64,000 bases of DNA, from NCBI GenBank assembly GCA_035453125.1, contig DAOTCN010000001.1:85061-149060 (forward strand). Direction: 5' to 3'. Of the stretch, positions 29,672 to 38,109 are shown in pieces. How positions within the stretch are numbered: position 1 is the first letter of the stretch; every line of letters starts with the position of its first letter. This stretch comes from Minisyncoccota bacterium (GTDB lineage Archaea > Nanobdellota > Nanobdellia > Pacearchaeales > GW2011-AR1). A program made the translations under genes and the position numbers. The notes beneath the pieces were generated by a model that worked only from the letters and a program-made list of their open reading frames with translations, was not told the origin of the DNA and searched no databases.

Positions 29672-30112
29672 TTAACTTGCTATAACATCCTGTAACTCTT
29701 TATAAAACTGCTCTTTGTCTTTATCATATTTTTCCCTTAATTTTCTTAGATATTTCCAAAAAGAAATATGATGATGCCAATCAATATATTCCCCTTCTTT
29801 TAAATCACTTGATTTATAAAATGTAAGTTTATTAGAATCCTCTAATTTCTTTAAATGTGCAATCTCATGTAATATAATTTCCCATATTTCTTCTTTGTAA
29901 TTTTCAAAATAAAAGACGCATAAAGGAATAAGAACTCTATTGAAGTTTATTTTATTCTTTTCTACATTGCAATTTCCACGAACCGATTTTTTACTAGAGA
30001 TATAAAGACTACAAAATTTTATTTTTATATTGGCATAACTTTCTTTTTCAGCTATTTCTTTAGCCCATTTTTTAATTATTTCTTCTGTCTTTTCTAGTTT
30101 ATCATCTCCCAT
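29672..30112 (-). CDS. putative zinc metallopeptidase (HExxH; SprT/WLM-like)
   Basis: 146 aa; ILHEIAHL motif. Confidence 0.45.
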   Translation of the reverse strand: MGDDKLEKTEEIIKKWAKEIAEKESYANIKIKFCSLYISSKKSVRGNCNVEKNKINFNRVLIPLCVFYFENYKEEIWEIILHEIAHLKKLEDSNKLTFYKSSDLKEGEYIDWHHHISFWKYLRKLREKYDKDKEQFYKELQDVIAS

Positions 30113-30154
30113 AATAAACTAATAAAACTAACATATTTAGAATTTACTCTCTTT

Positions 30155-30385
30155 TTACTTTTTTATCTTTACTCCATGACAAGTAATAAGCTCAATTTTC
30201 CCCTCTTTTTCAAAGTCGCTTAATAGCTTCCAACAATCAGATTTTTTAATGCCAAAATGAGTGCATAGCTTAACCCAAACATTAGGAAAAGAGATTATAT
30301 TATTTCTTTTTCTGCACTCTTTTAGTTTCTGAAATGCCAGTTCGTTTAAGTCGAATTTTTTCTTTGAGTTCTTCATCATCACCAA
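30155..30385 (-). CDS. small hypothetical protein (possible wHTH)
   Basis: 76 aa; overlaps the 3' end of the upstream zinc-ribbon ORF by 86 nt in another frame. Confidence 0.3.
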   Translation of the reverse strand: MVMMKNSKKKFDLNELAFQKLKECRKRNNIISFPNVWVKLCTHFGIKKSDCWKLLSDFEKEGKIELITCHGVKIKK

Positions 30386-30656
30386 TAGCCCGGTCTTCCC
30401 AATATTGTACTACTTCCTTATACCATTCATATAAACTTACATCTGCTCTTTTTACTAAATCCTCAAATTCTTCTAAAGACTTTTTATCATTTCTATTTAT
30501 TCCATGCATATAACCTAAAATATACCAAGATTTTGCACACATTTTCATAGTATCGTCAAACCCTGTGTGTATGGGTTTTTCTTTAATTTCAGAACCACAA
30601 TTATTACAAAACTTAGAACCCTCAGAAACTTCTTTTTCACATTTTAAACAATTCAT
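30300..30656 (-). CDS. zinc-ribbon domain protein
   Basis: 118 aa; N-terminal CLKC..(10)..CNNC double zinc ribbon. Confidence 0.4.
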   Translation of the reverse strand: MNCLKCEKEVSEGSKFCNNCGSEIKEKPIHTGFDDTMKMCAKSWYILGYMHGINRNDKKSLEEFEDLVKRADVSLYEWYKEVVQYWEDRAIGDDEELKEKIRLKRTGISETKRVQKKK

Positions 30657-30757
30657 TTAGAAATGCTGGATTCAAGTTTGTTAAATACTTATATAATAAA
30701 AAATCCAATAAAAAAGATTAACAATCGTATTAAGGTTAATTGTCTTAATATCTATTT

Positions 30758-30952
30758 TTACTCTTCTATCAATGGAAACTTCTCAATTACCATGTACTTC
30801 TTATTCCCAACCTTTACTGCACTTACCTGTACTTTGCTCCCACTTTTCAATCCAATGGCTTTTCCTTCTCTAGTTACTAAAACTCCGATCCCGTTTCCAT
30901 AGGTATTAAGCTGTTTTACAGATCTTTCTATTATCTCCTTGTTAGTTACCAT
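30758..30952 (-). CDS. AbrB/MazE-like swapped-hairpin DNA-binding protein (orphan antitoxin-like)
   Basis: 64 aa; GNGIGVLVTREGKAIGLKSGSKVQVSAV pattern. Confidence 0.4.
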   Translation of the reverse strand: MVTNKEIIERSVKQLNTYGNGIGVLVTREGKAIGLKSGSKVQVSAVKVGNKKYMVIEKFPLIEE

Positions 30953-31072
30953 AATATACTTTATATTACAGAAAGATTAATAAATAGAGTAATATACAGT
31001 ATATTACAATGAAAAAGAGTTTGAAAGTTGTAATAGGAATAATCATGATTTTGTTTATTATTAGTTTTAATT

Positions 31073-31405
31073 TTGTACATATTAGACTCAAAACGGCTCC
31101 CTGAAAAACTTCATTTTAAAATTTCAGCACTGGGTCCAGAGTCTATAGATTCAACTGAAATTTGTAATAATATGTTCTCAAATGAGTTTAATTGTAAATC
31201 ATATAATGGATTATCTAGTAGGAAGAATTACATTTGCCAAATTAATTCTGAAAGTGAAAATTATGGGGATGCTCAATGTGGCAGTAATAATGGTAATCAG
31301 AAACTAAAATGGGTTGATTGTGATTGCGAAACAATTTATGACTTAGTGTTTTATAGTGCTCAAAATCAAAATACATATGATTGGACACCAACAAAGAAGG
31401 CATAA
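31073..31405 (+). CDS. small Cys-rich hypothetical protein (possibly the frameshifted remainder of a signal-peptide ORF at about 31012)
   Basis: 110 aa; an upstream out-of-frame mini-ORF MKKSLKVVIGIIMILFIISFNFV looks like its signal peptide. Confidence 0.25.
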   Translation: MYILDSKRLPEKLHFKISALGPESIDSTEICNNMFSNEFNCKSYNGLSSRKNYICQINSESENYGDAQCGSNNGNQKLKWVDCDCETIYDLVFYSAQNQNTYDWTPTKKA

Positions 31406-31439
31406 TCTTTATAAAAAAGATGTTAACAAACTAACAAAA

Positions 31440-32519
31440 ATGAAACAAATAAAAAAGAGGTTACTTATGGCATATTTATTCATTGGACTATTCTTAATAA
31501 TTTTTATGATTGAAAATGCAAGTGCTTTTTTTAGTAGAGATAAAGAAATCGGATTTATTAACACTAACGATAATTTTTACTCTTTTTCTTCAGACCTGAG
31601 TTCATTTAGTATAGAAGTTAATAATAGTCTTAATACTGAAGGAGCTAGTATTTATTTGGACACCAGCACTACCACTGATGGAGGATATTATGGTTCTCTT
31701 TACTATTTCAATAATAATGAAAAGTACGATTGTGAATTCACAGGATATTATAATGAAGGCATATCTGCAATGTTTGGAAACAAAAAACTTAGGTTTAATG
31801 GATTTATTACATGTAAAGAGAAAAATAATGGCATAATTTTACTAGGTCAAATTTCATCTAATCTTAAACTAGACTCTAATTGTAGAAGAAATTCAAATAT
31901 AAATTATTGTAAAGTAATAAGCGACGATCTCCCAGATTTTAGTTCAATAAACCTATTTTTATTTGAGGTTAATAATTCTCTACAAGACTTTCAACAAAAT
32001 ATTAAACTTAAAAATATTGAAACAACTCAATCTAGTCAAACCGAACAAATTACTAATCTAACTTTATGGAGAAATAATGTTAGTTTTGTTTTAGCAACAA
32101 ATTCTTCTCCAATAGGTAATGGGAGTTATTCTTATAATATCACAATTTATAATTTGACAAATATAAATCAAAGAATTTCATCCTTAGAAGCAAATCAAAC
32201 AAATATCACTGCAAGAGTATCGCTTCTTGAGTCATGGAAAGAATTCATTAATCGTGCTTTAGTTTCTTTAGATGAAATTGGTTTTGGTTTGAATAAATTA
32301 ACTGAAAGAGTTGTTGTATTAGAAAATAAATCAATAGTAATCCAAAATGGTTCTTTACCAAATTATTTCAAATATCTAAGTACTAGTGATAGAAAGACAA
32401 TGATTTGTGGTTATGCACAAGATAATCATCTAACACAAATAAATGACTTGGGATTAAATTGCAATATTACTTATAGACAAACCTCAACAAGAGAATATGC
32501 TACTTGTAAATGTAAATAA
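31440..32519 (+). CDS. secreted N-glycosylated surface protein
   Basis: Probable start MKQIKKRLLMAYLFIGLFLIIF (signal/TM) within the 31356-32519 ORF; many N-x-S/T sequons; C-terminal Cys pairs. Confidence 0.4.
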   Translation: MKQIKKRLLMAYLFIGLFLIIFMIENASAFFSRDKEIGFINTNDNFYSFSSDLSSFSIEVNNSLNTEGASIYLDTSTTTDGGYYGSLYYFNNNEKYDCEFTGYYNEGISAMFGNKKLRFNGFITCKEKNNGIILLGQISSNLKLDSNCRRNSNINYCKVISDDLPDFSSINLFLFEVNNSLQDFQQNIKLKNIETTQSSQTEQITNLTLWRNNVSFVLATNSSPIGNGSYSYNITIYNLTNINQRISSLEANQTNITARVSLLESWKEFINRALVSLDEIGFGLNKLTERVVVLENKSIVIQNGSLPNYFKYLSTSDRKTMICGYAQDNHLTQINDLGLNCNITYRQTSTREYATCKCK

Positions 32520-32573
32520 ATATCCTACTCTTTCAAAGCATTATCTTTCTTAATCTTCTTTCTAACTATAAAA

Positions 32574-33977
32574 ATGGAAGAAACGCTTTATGATAAACTT
32601 TGTGATATTAATAATTTATTTCTCGCTTTTGATAAAGCCAGAAAAGGAAAAACTAAAAGAAGATATGTAAAAAGATTTCAAAAGAATCTTAAAGAGAACT
32701 TAGAGAAGCTAAATAAAGAACTTGTAAATCAGACTTATGAACCTTGCCCGTTAAAGAATTTTATTTTAGGAGACCCAAAAACAAGAAAAATAAGCAAGTC
32801 TGCTTATAGAGATAGAGTTGTTAATCATGCCTTATGCAGTATAATTGTACCAATACTTGAAAAGAGTTTTATTTATGATTCTCATGCAAATCAAATAGGC
32901 AAAGGAACTTTAAAGGCAATAGAACGATTTGACAAGTTCAAAAGAAAAGTATCAAGAAATAATACTAGAGAATGTTATGTACTGAAAGCTGACATCAAAC
33001 ACTATTTTGAAGAAATAGACCATGATATATTAATAGGAATAATAAGAAGAAAAATTAAGGATGAAAAAGTTATTTGGCTTATAAAAAAGATACTTGCTGT
33101 AAGCCACAAAGAAAAAGGTATGCCATTAGGAAATTTAACATCGCAATTTTTCGCTAATCTGTATCTTAATGAATTAGACCAATTTGTAAAACATAAGTTA
33201 AGAGTCAAATATTATATTCGTTATGTTGATGACTTTGTAATTATGCATAATTCTAAACAACAGCTTGAAGAATGGAAAATTGAGATTAATAATTTTTTGA
33301 AAGAAAGACTAAAAATTGAATTGCATCCAAGTAAATCCCATATTTTAAGATTAAGCAGTGGAATAAACTTTTTAGGATTTAGAATATTCTTTTATCATAA
33401 ACTTATAAGATCAAGCAATTTGAAGAATCTTGAGAGAAGATTAAATAAGCTTAGAATATTGTTTGATGCTGAGTTGTTAAGCAGAGAAAAAGTTCTCGAA
33501 TCTTTAGAGGGCTGGTTAGCTTATTGTTCTCATGCAAATACCTATAAGTATAGAAAGTATTTAATCAGAATATTTAACAAATGTTTTTCTTATGGAAATA
33601 AATTATTTGTTCATAACAAAAAGAATTATATTAATTACATTAAGAAAGTTAGTGAAAGTGAATTACAATTTGCGGTTCAAAGAACATTATTCAATTATAA
33701 AAAAGGATTATCTATAAAAGAAATTGCAATTAAGCAGAGAATAAAAGAATCAACTGTCTGGGGTCATTTAGCTAATTTAATTGAACATAAGCAATTATCT
33801 ATATGGCAAGTTATTGATAATGAAAAAGCACGTAAGATTTTCAATAAAATTTATAGTCCAAAAGAGAGATTAAGGGATATTAAAAAGAGAATAAAAGATA
33901 ATTCAATAACTTATGATGAAATAGCTTGTGTAATGGCAAGTATTAAGTCTAAAAGAAAGTATTTACACATATTGTAA
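32574..33977 (+). CDS. diversity-generating retroelement reverse transcriptase with C-terminal helical (HTH/HRDC-like) extension
   Basis: 467 aa; RT motifs 1-2 (PKTRKISKSAYRDRVVNHAL), DGR-type motif 4 PLGNLTSQFFANLYL, motif 5 YIRYVDDFVIM; about 130-aa C-terminal extension containing GLSIKEIAIKQRIKESTVWGHL. Confidence 0.8.
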   Translation: MEETLYDKLCDINNLFLAFDKARKGKTKRRYVKRFQKNLKENLEKLNKELVNQTYEPCPLKNFILGDPKTRKISKSAYRDRVVNHALCSIIVPILEKSFIYDSHANQIGKGTLKAIERFDKFKRKVSRNNTRECYVLKADIKHYFEEIDHDILIGIIRRKIKDEKVIWLIKKILAVSHKEKGMPLGNLTSQFFANLYLNELDQFVKHKLRVKYYIRYVDDFVIMHNSKQQLEEWKIEINNFLKERLKIELHPSKSHILRLSSGINFLGFRIFFYHKLIRSSNLKNLERRLNKLRILFDAELLSREKVLESLEGWLAYCSHANTYKYRKYLIRIFNKCFSYGNKLFVHNKKNYINYIKKVSESELQFAVQRTLFNYKKGLSIKEIAIKQRIKESTVWGHLANLIEHKQLSIWQVIDNEKARKIFNKIYSPKERLRDIKKRIKDNSITYDEIACVMASIKSKRKYLHIL

Positions 33978-34032
33978 TTACTAAGTAGTAACTAACCGAA
34001 AGGTTTATAAATAGCTTATTTATTGATTTAGT

Positions 34033-34845
34033 ATGGCATTAAAATTAAATCCAGAAAGAGAAGTATATAGAGAATTTTATGGTCAGAATGTGGCTCAAAT
34101 GCCTCTATTAGTAGCTGACAGAAGAGTTCCTATGAATGTTGCTCAATTATTGCAAAGAAGATTAGATGTTAGAAATTCTGATGCTGATGTTAGAACTGCT
34201 TATCATGATAATTATTTTGACACTGGTGATGCTATTGCATATCATCCAGATGGCAGAGTTAAAGTTGTTCTTGATTCTCAAACATTAAGAGAAATTAATC
34301 CTAAAAGTCAGTTAACTAATGGAGCATTAGTCTTAACAGAAGATGCTTATAGAGCTTTAGATGGTGTTGAGTTTAAGAAAGGAAAACTTGAGAAAGTTAA
34401 TGAGGGTCTTTCAATAAAAGAAGTTAAAGCTCATCCAGTTTGGAAAGTTTTAACAAGAGAAGATAAGGCATTACTTGACGATTATGCTGATTGGGCTTTT
34501 ACAGAATATAGAGATAGATTTGCTCAAGGTTCTGATGTTGATGACATAAGAATAATGGGAATTTATCCAGATTCAGCTGGAGAAGCTCCAAAATTAAGGG
34601 CTTGGTGTGTCAACAGGCTCGAGGACGGGTCTAATGCTAATGGCAGGTACCTCCTTGGCGATGACAATGGTCGCTTCCTCGGTATAGCGCCGGAGGCGCT
34701 TAGTGCGCCGGGTAAGGGTGCTTTAAGTGTAAGATTATATACAGTTGCAGATGTTCAAAAAGCACAAAAACAATTAGAACAAATTGATTCAGTAGTAAGA
34801 CCAGAATCTATTAGTGATGTTAAGTCTTTAATATCAAGACTTTAA
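34033..34845 (+). CDS. DGR variable (target) protein
   Basis: 270 aa; VR encoded at about residues 189-219; AT-rich codons except the GC-rich VR; no signal peptide. Confidence 0.7.
   Translation: MALKLNPEREVYREFYGQNVAQMPLLVADRRVPMNVAQLLQRRLDVRNSDADVRTAYHDNYFDTGDAIAYHPDGRVKVVLDSQTLREINPKSQLTNGALVLTEDAYRALDGVEFKKGKLEKVNEGLSIKEVKAHPVWKVLTREDKALLDDYADWAFTEYRDRFAQGSDVDDIRIMGIYPDSAGEAPKLRAWCVNRLEDGSNANGRYLLGDDNGRFLGIAPEALSAPGKGALSVRLYTVADVQKAQKQLEQIDSVVRPESISDVKSLISRL
34598..34688 (+). repeat. DGR variable repeat (VR)
   Basis: 91 bp, 81/91 identical to TR at 35094-35184; all 10 mismatches lie at TR adenines. Confidence 0.8.
34687..34715 (+). promoter_or_regulatory. GC-rich inverted repeat at the 3' edge of VR (IMH-associated hairpin candidate)
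   Basis: GCGCC-GGA-GGCGC hairpin then a second GCGCCGG; absent downstream of TR, where homology stops. Confidence 0.4.
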
Positions 34846-35093
34846 TTATTTTATTTTTACAATTCTATACAAATATTTTTACTTGAAATTTCGCAAGAAA
34901 TGAAAGTTAAAGATTGTACAACAATCTTTTTATAATCGATTTAATATAGTTCTAAGTCCTGGCAACCGTGGAAACATGAGAAGCTGGGTTATACGCACTT
35001 CCACGACGGCAACATAGTTGTCATAAAATACAACCATAACACCTAATGTTGTGAAATGGTGGTGAGAAAGTTAAGTGGAAGAGCTATGCTCTG

Positions 35094-35184
35094 GGGCTTG
35101 GTATGTCAACAGGCTCGAGAACAGGTCTAATGCTAATGGCAGGAACAACCTTGACAATGACAATGGTCGCTTCCTCGGAATAAC
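35094..35184 (+). repeat. DGR template repeat (TR), non-coding
   Basis: 91 bp with 27 adenines, 10 substituted in VR; lies in an intergenic region where the overlapping 83-aa ORF is spurious. Confidence 0.8.
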
Positions 35185-35242
35185 TCAGTTGTTGTTTACA
35201 GGACACTTATTATTATATTTTATATCTATATTTATTAAACAA

Positions 35243-35419
35243 TTATTTCTTCCAATAAACAACCTTAGTTCCATCACTAAGAGCAATACCTTTAGACTTA
35301 TATCCCTTAAGATTTTTGTGAAGTAATTCATCTAATATCATAATTAAATCAACAGTTTTGTTAAACTCTTTTGCTGTTGATTTCTTTTTATCAGTTTTGA
35401 CTGTTAGAATTATTTTCAT
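35243..35419 (-). CDS. small hypothetical protein (58 aa)
   Basis: Minus-strand ORF MKIILTVKTDKK... immediately downstream of the 87-aa gene; not in the supplied ORF track. Confidence 0.25.
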   Translation of the reverse strand: MKIILTVKTDKKKSTAKEFNKTVDLIMILDELLHKNLKGYKSKGIALSDGTKVVYWKK

Positions 35420-35469
35420 CTAGGACAAAGATCGTCACTTGTATTTGAATCTTCTTCATTACTTAGAAA

Positions 35470-35733
35470 TTACTCTTGCCCTTGATTAGTTGATTGTTCT
35501 GCTTCAGGTTGATTTGCTTCTGCTTCCTGTTCTTGTTTAAGTCTTTCCAATCTTTTTACTAGATAATTATGAATAAGCAATCTAATTGCTAAACTAAAAC
35601 GTCCTTGGTCTTCATGTTTTACTTTATCTGTAAATCTTGAATCTTTTTTGATTGACTTATTAAAAAGCTCCATTTCTTTCTCAAAGTCCTTACCATAATA
35701 TACTTGTTTTGAATATCTAGGATTATTTGTCAT
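35470..35733 (-). CDS. small hypothetical protein with acidic/Q-rich tail
   Basis: 87 aa; possible small DNA-binding protein. Confidence 0.3.
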   Translation of the reverse strand: MTNNPRYSKQVYYGKDFEKEMELFNKSIKKDSRFTDKVKHEDQGRFSLAIRLLIHNYLVKRLERLKQEQEAEANQPEAEQSTNQGQE

Positions 35734-35983
35734 GAAAAAGAAGAGATCCTTGTGTTTTTATATCCCGCTCTTTTATGTATGATACATATGAGTATTGTAT
35801 ATACATTCCCCTATAAGTTTACCCCCATTGATTTTCTCTATATGTATTAAACACTATTTTTGGGACACCATTTCAAAACAAAATTAATAATGATGAAAAC
35901 CAAATAAACACATGTTAATTTGTTTAGTTTTTTTGGTCCTCTTTCCTTTGTAAAAATATCTTAAAATGTAGGGGGTATATTAT

Positions 35984-37555
35984 TTGCAAAAGGTTATTAA
36001 TAACCAATATCTTAGGATAGATATGTCAATAAACAATAAAGGTGACTTAGGGTTTGAACAGAAGCTTTGGGTTGCTGCTGATAAGATGAGAAGCAATAGG
36101 GATGCTTCCGAATATAAACATGTAGTCTTAGGTTTAATATTTCTAAAATATATTTCAGATGCTTTCAAAGAAGTTTATGAAGAAATAGCAAAAGACCCCT
36201 AAGGTGATCCTGAAGATGTAGATGAATATAAAGCAAGAAATGTCTTTTGGGTTCCTAAAGAATCTAGATGGGATCGTTTACAAAAGAATGCTAAACAACC
36301 AGTAATCGGAAAATTTATTGATGATGCAATGGATGCTATTGAAAAGGATAATCCTTCATTAAAAGGAGTTCTTCCAAAAGACTATGCTCGTCCTGCTTTA
36401 GATAAACAGAGATTAGGTGAACTAATTGATCTCATAGGATCAATAGCTTTGGGAGACAATGAAAGTAGAAGTAAAGATATACTTGGAAGAGTGTATGAAT
36501 ATTTTTTAGGACAATTTGCAGATGCTGAAGGAAAAAAAGGTGGACAGTTTTATACTCCTAGATGTATTGTTAAACTTCTTGTTCAAATGATTGAACCTTA
36601 TAAAGGAAGAGTTTTTGATCCGTGTTGCGGATCAGGTGGAATGTTTGTTCAAAGTGAAAAATTTGTTCAAAGTCACTCTGGAAGGTTAAATGATATTTCT
36701 ATTTTTGGACAAGAAAGTAATCCAACTACTTGGAAATTATGCAAGATGAATTTAGCAATTAGGGGTATTGATTCTTCTTTTATAAAATGGAATAATGAAG
36801 GAAGTTTTTTGAATGATGAACATAGAGATCTTAAAGCAGATTTTATTATTGCTAATCCTCCATTTAATGATTCAGACTGGAAAGGTGAACAATTAAAAGA
36901 AGACATAAGATGGAAATATAGAGTGCCTCCAACTGGAAATGCTAACTTCGCATGGGTTCAACATTTTATACACCATTTAGCACCACATGGAATGGCAGGT
37001 TTTGTTCTAGCTAACGGTTCTTTATCTTCAAATAATGGTGGAGAGGGAGAAATAAGAAAAAACATTATTGAAGCTGATTTAGTTGATTGTATTATTGCGA
37101 TGCCTTCACAGTTGTTTTATAATACTCAAATTCCTGCTTGTTTATGGTTTATTTCAAAAGACAAGAAAAATCATAAATTTAGAAATAGGGAAGGAGAAGT
37201 TTTGTTTATTGATGCAAGAAAATTAGGAAGTATGATTGATAGAAGACATAGAGATCTTACTGATGAAGATGTAAAAAAGATTTCTTCAATTTATCATGCT
37301 TGGAGAGGAGAAGGTGGAAAGTATGAAGATGTTATTGGATTATGCAAGTCTGTTAAGTTAGATGAAATAAGAAAGCATGGACATGTTCTTACTGCTGGAA
37401 GATATGTTGGATCTGAAGAAGTGGAAGAAGATCCAGAAGTCTTTAATGAAAAAATGAAAAGGCTTACAATAGAACTCGCAGAGCAATTCAAAGAGTCTGA
37501 TAAATTAGAAAAAGAGATCAAAGAAAACTTAGCTGGAATTGGCTGGAGGATATAG
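35984..37555 (+). pseudogene. hsdM: type I restriction-modification N6-adenine methyltransferase HsdM interrupted by an in-frame TAA; orphan (no hsdS or hsdR)
   Basis: ORFs 35984-36202 (HsdM N-domain LWVAADKMRSNRDASEYKHVVLGLIFLKYISD) and 36329-37555 (DPCCGSGG motif I, NPPF motif IV) share a frame separated by one TAA at 36200-36202; the intervening sequence translates in-frame. Confidence 0.7.
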
Positions 37556-37558
37556 GGA

Positions 37559-37888
37559 ATGACTACTTTAAAGGCTAGTAAATATTTATATGTGCCTCTT
37601 TTTGTTGCATCATTTGCAAGATCATGTGATGAACCTTTTTTAGATAGAGAAGAAAAACTAAAATACCATTTCTTACCTATGAGTCTTGGTCTTGTGGCAT
37701 CATTTGGTTGTGGTTTGGGTTGTGGTTTATGTTTTTATGATAATATAGTCAATACTGAAAATTTGTTTGGAGCTGCTTTTTGTGGTATAGGATTGATTAC
37801 AAACATTTCTTCAGTGTTATATGAATTTTATAGATCTGCAAAACTTAAGATTGAAGAATCAGAAAATAATAAAAAAATAAGCAAATAA
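37559..37888 (+). CDS. small membrane protein
   Basis: 109 aa with Gly/Cys-rich TM segments. Confidence 0.3.
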   Translation: MTTLKASKYLYVPLFVASFARSCDEPFLDREEKLKYHFLPMSLGLVASFGCGLGCGLCFYDNIVNTENLFGAAFCGIGLITNISSVLYEFYRSAKLKIEESENNKKISK

Positions 37889-37967
37889 AAATTTATTGAG
37901 TCATATTTGACTTGAAATTCAATTAGGAGAATTTTTAAATAATGTACTTTTATGGTTTCTATATCAT

Positions 37968-38106
37968 GCGCTGCTAGTTTACCGGTAGAATATCTCGTTG
38001 CCAAGTAAAAAGAACCTACGGTTCTTCTTACGACATCTCCCTTGAGGTGTTAAAATGTAAGAAACGCAAAGACGAGGTGAACTGGGTTCAATTCCCAGGC
38101 GGCGCA
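37968..38106 (+). tRNA. tRNA-Gly (anticodon GCC) candidate with an intron of about 65-70 nt at position 37/38
   Basis: Acceptor GCGCTGC/GCGGCGC+A, anticodon stem TCTCG/CGAGG with loop TTGCCA|intron|A, T-arm CTGGG-TTCAATT-CCCAG; D-stem weak. Confidence 0.5.
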
Positions 38107-38109
38107 TAT

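Noticed and set aside
31356-31439. Upstream extension of the secreted-protein ORF (MLKIKIHMIGHQQRRHNLYKK...)
   Set aside because: The extension lacks a hydrophobic segment and overlaps the preceding ORF. The downstream in-frame Met at 31440 (MKQIKKRLLMAYLFIGLFLIIF) gives a proper signal peptide, so the start was moved.
35075-35326. 83-aa ORF on + strand
   Set aside because: It spans the DGR template repeat and merely mirrors the VR reading frame (AWYVNRLENRSNANG...). TR is expected to be non-coding, and the sequence downstream is AT-rich nonsense.
36200-36202. Possibility that TAA is recoded as a sense codon
   Set aside because: Every other confidently called gene in the window terminates cleanly at TAA, TAG or TGA with normal protein lengths. 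A single interrupted hsdM is better explained by a nonsense mutation or sequencing error.
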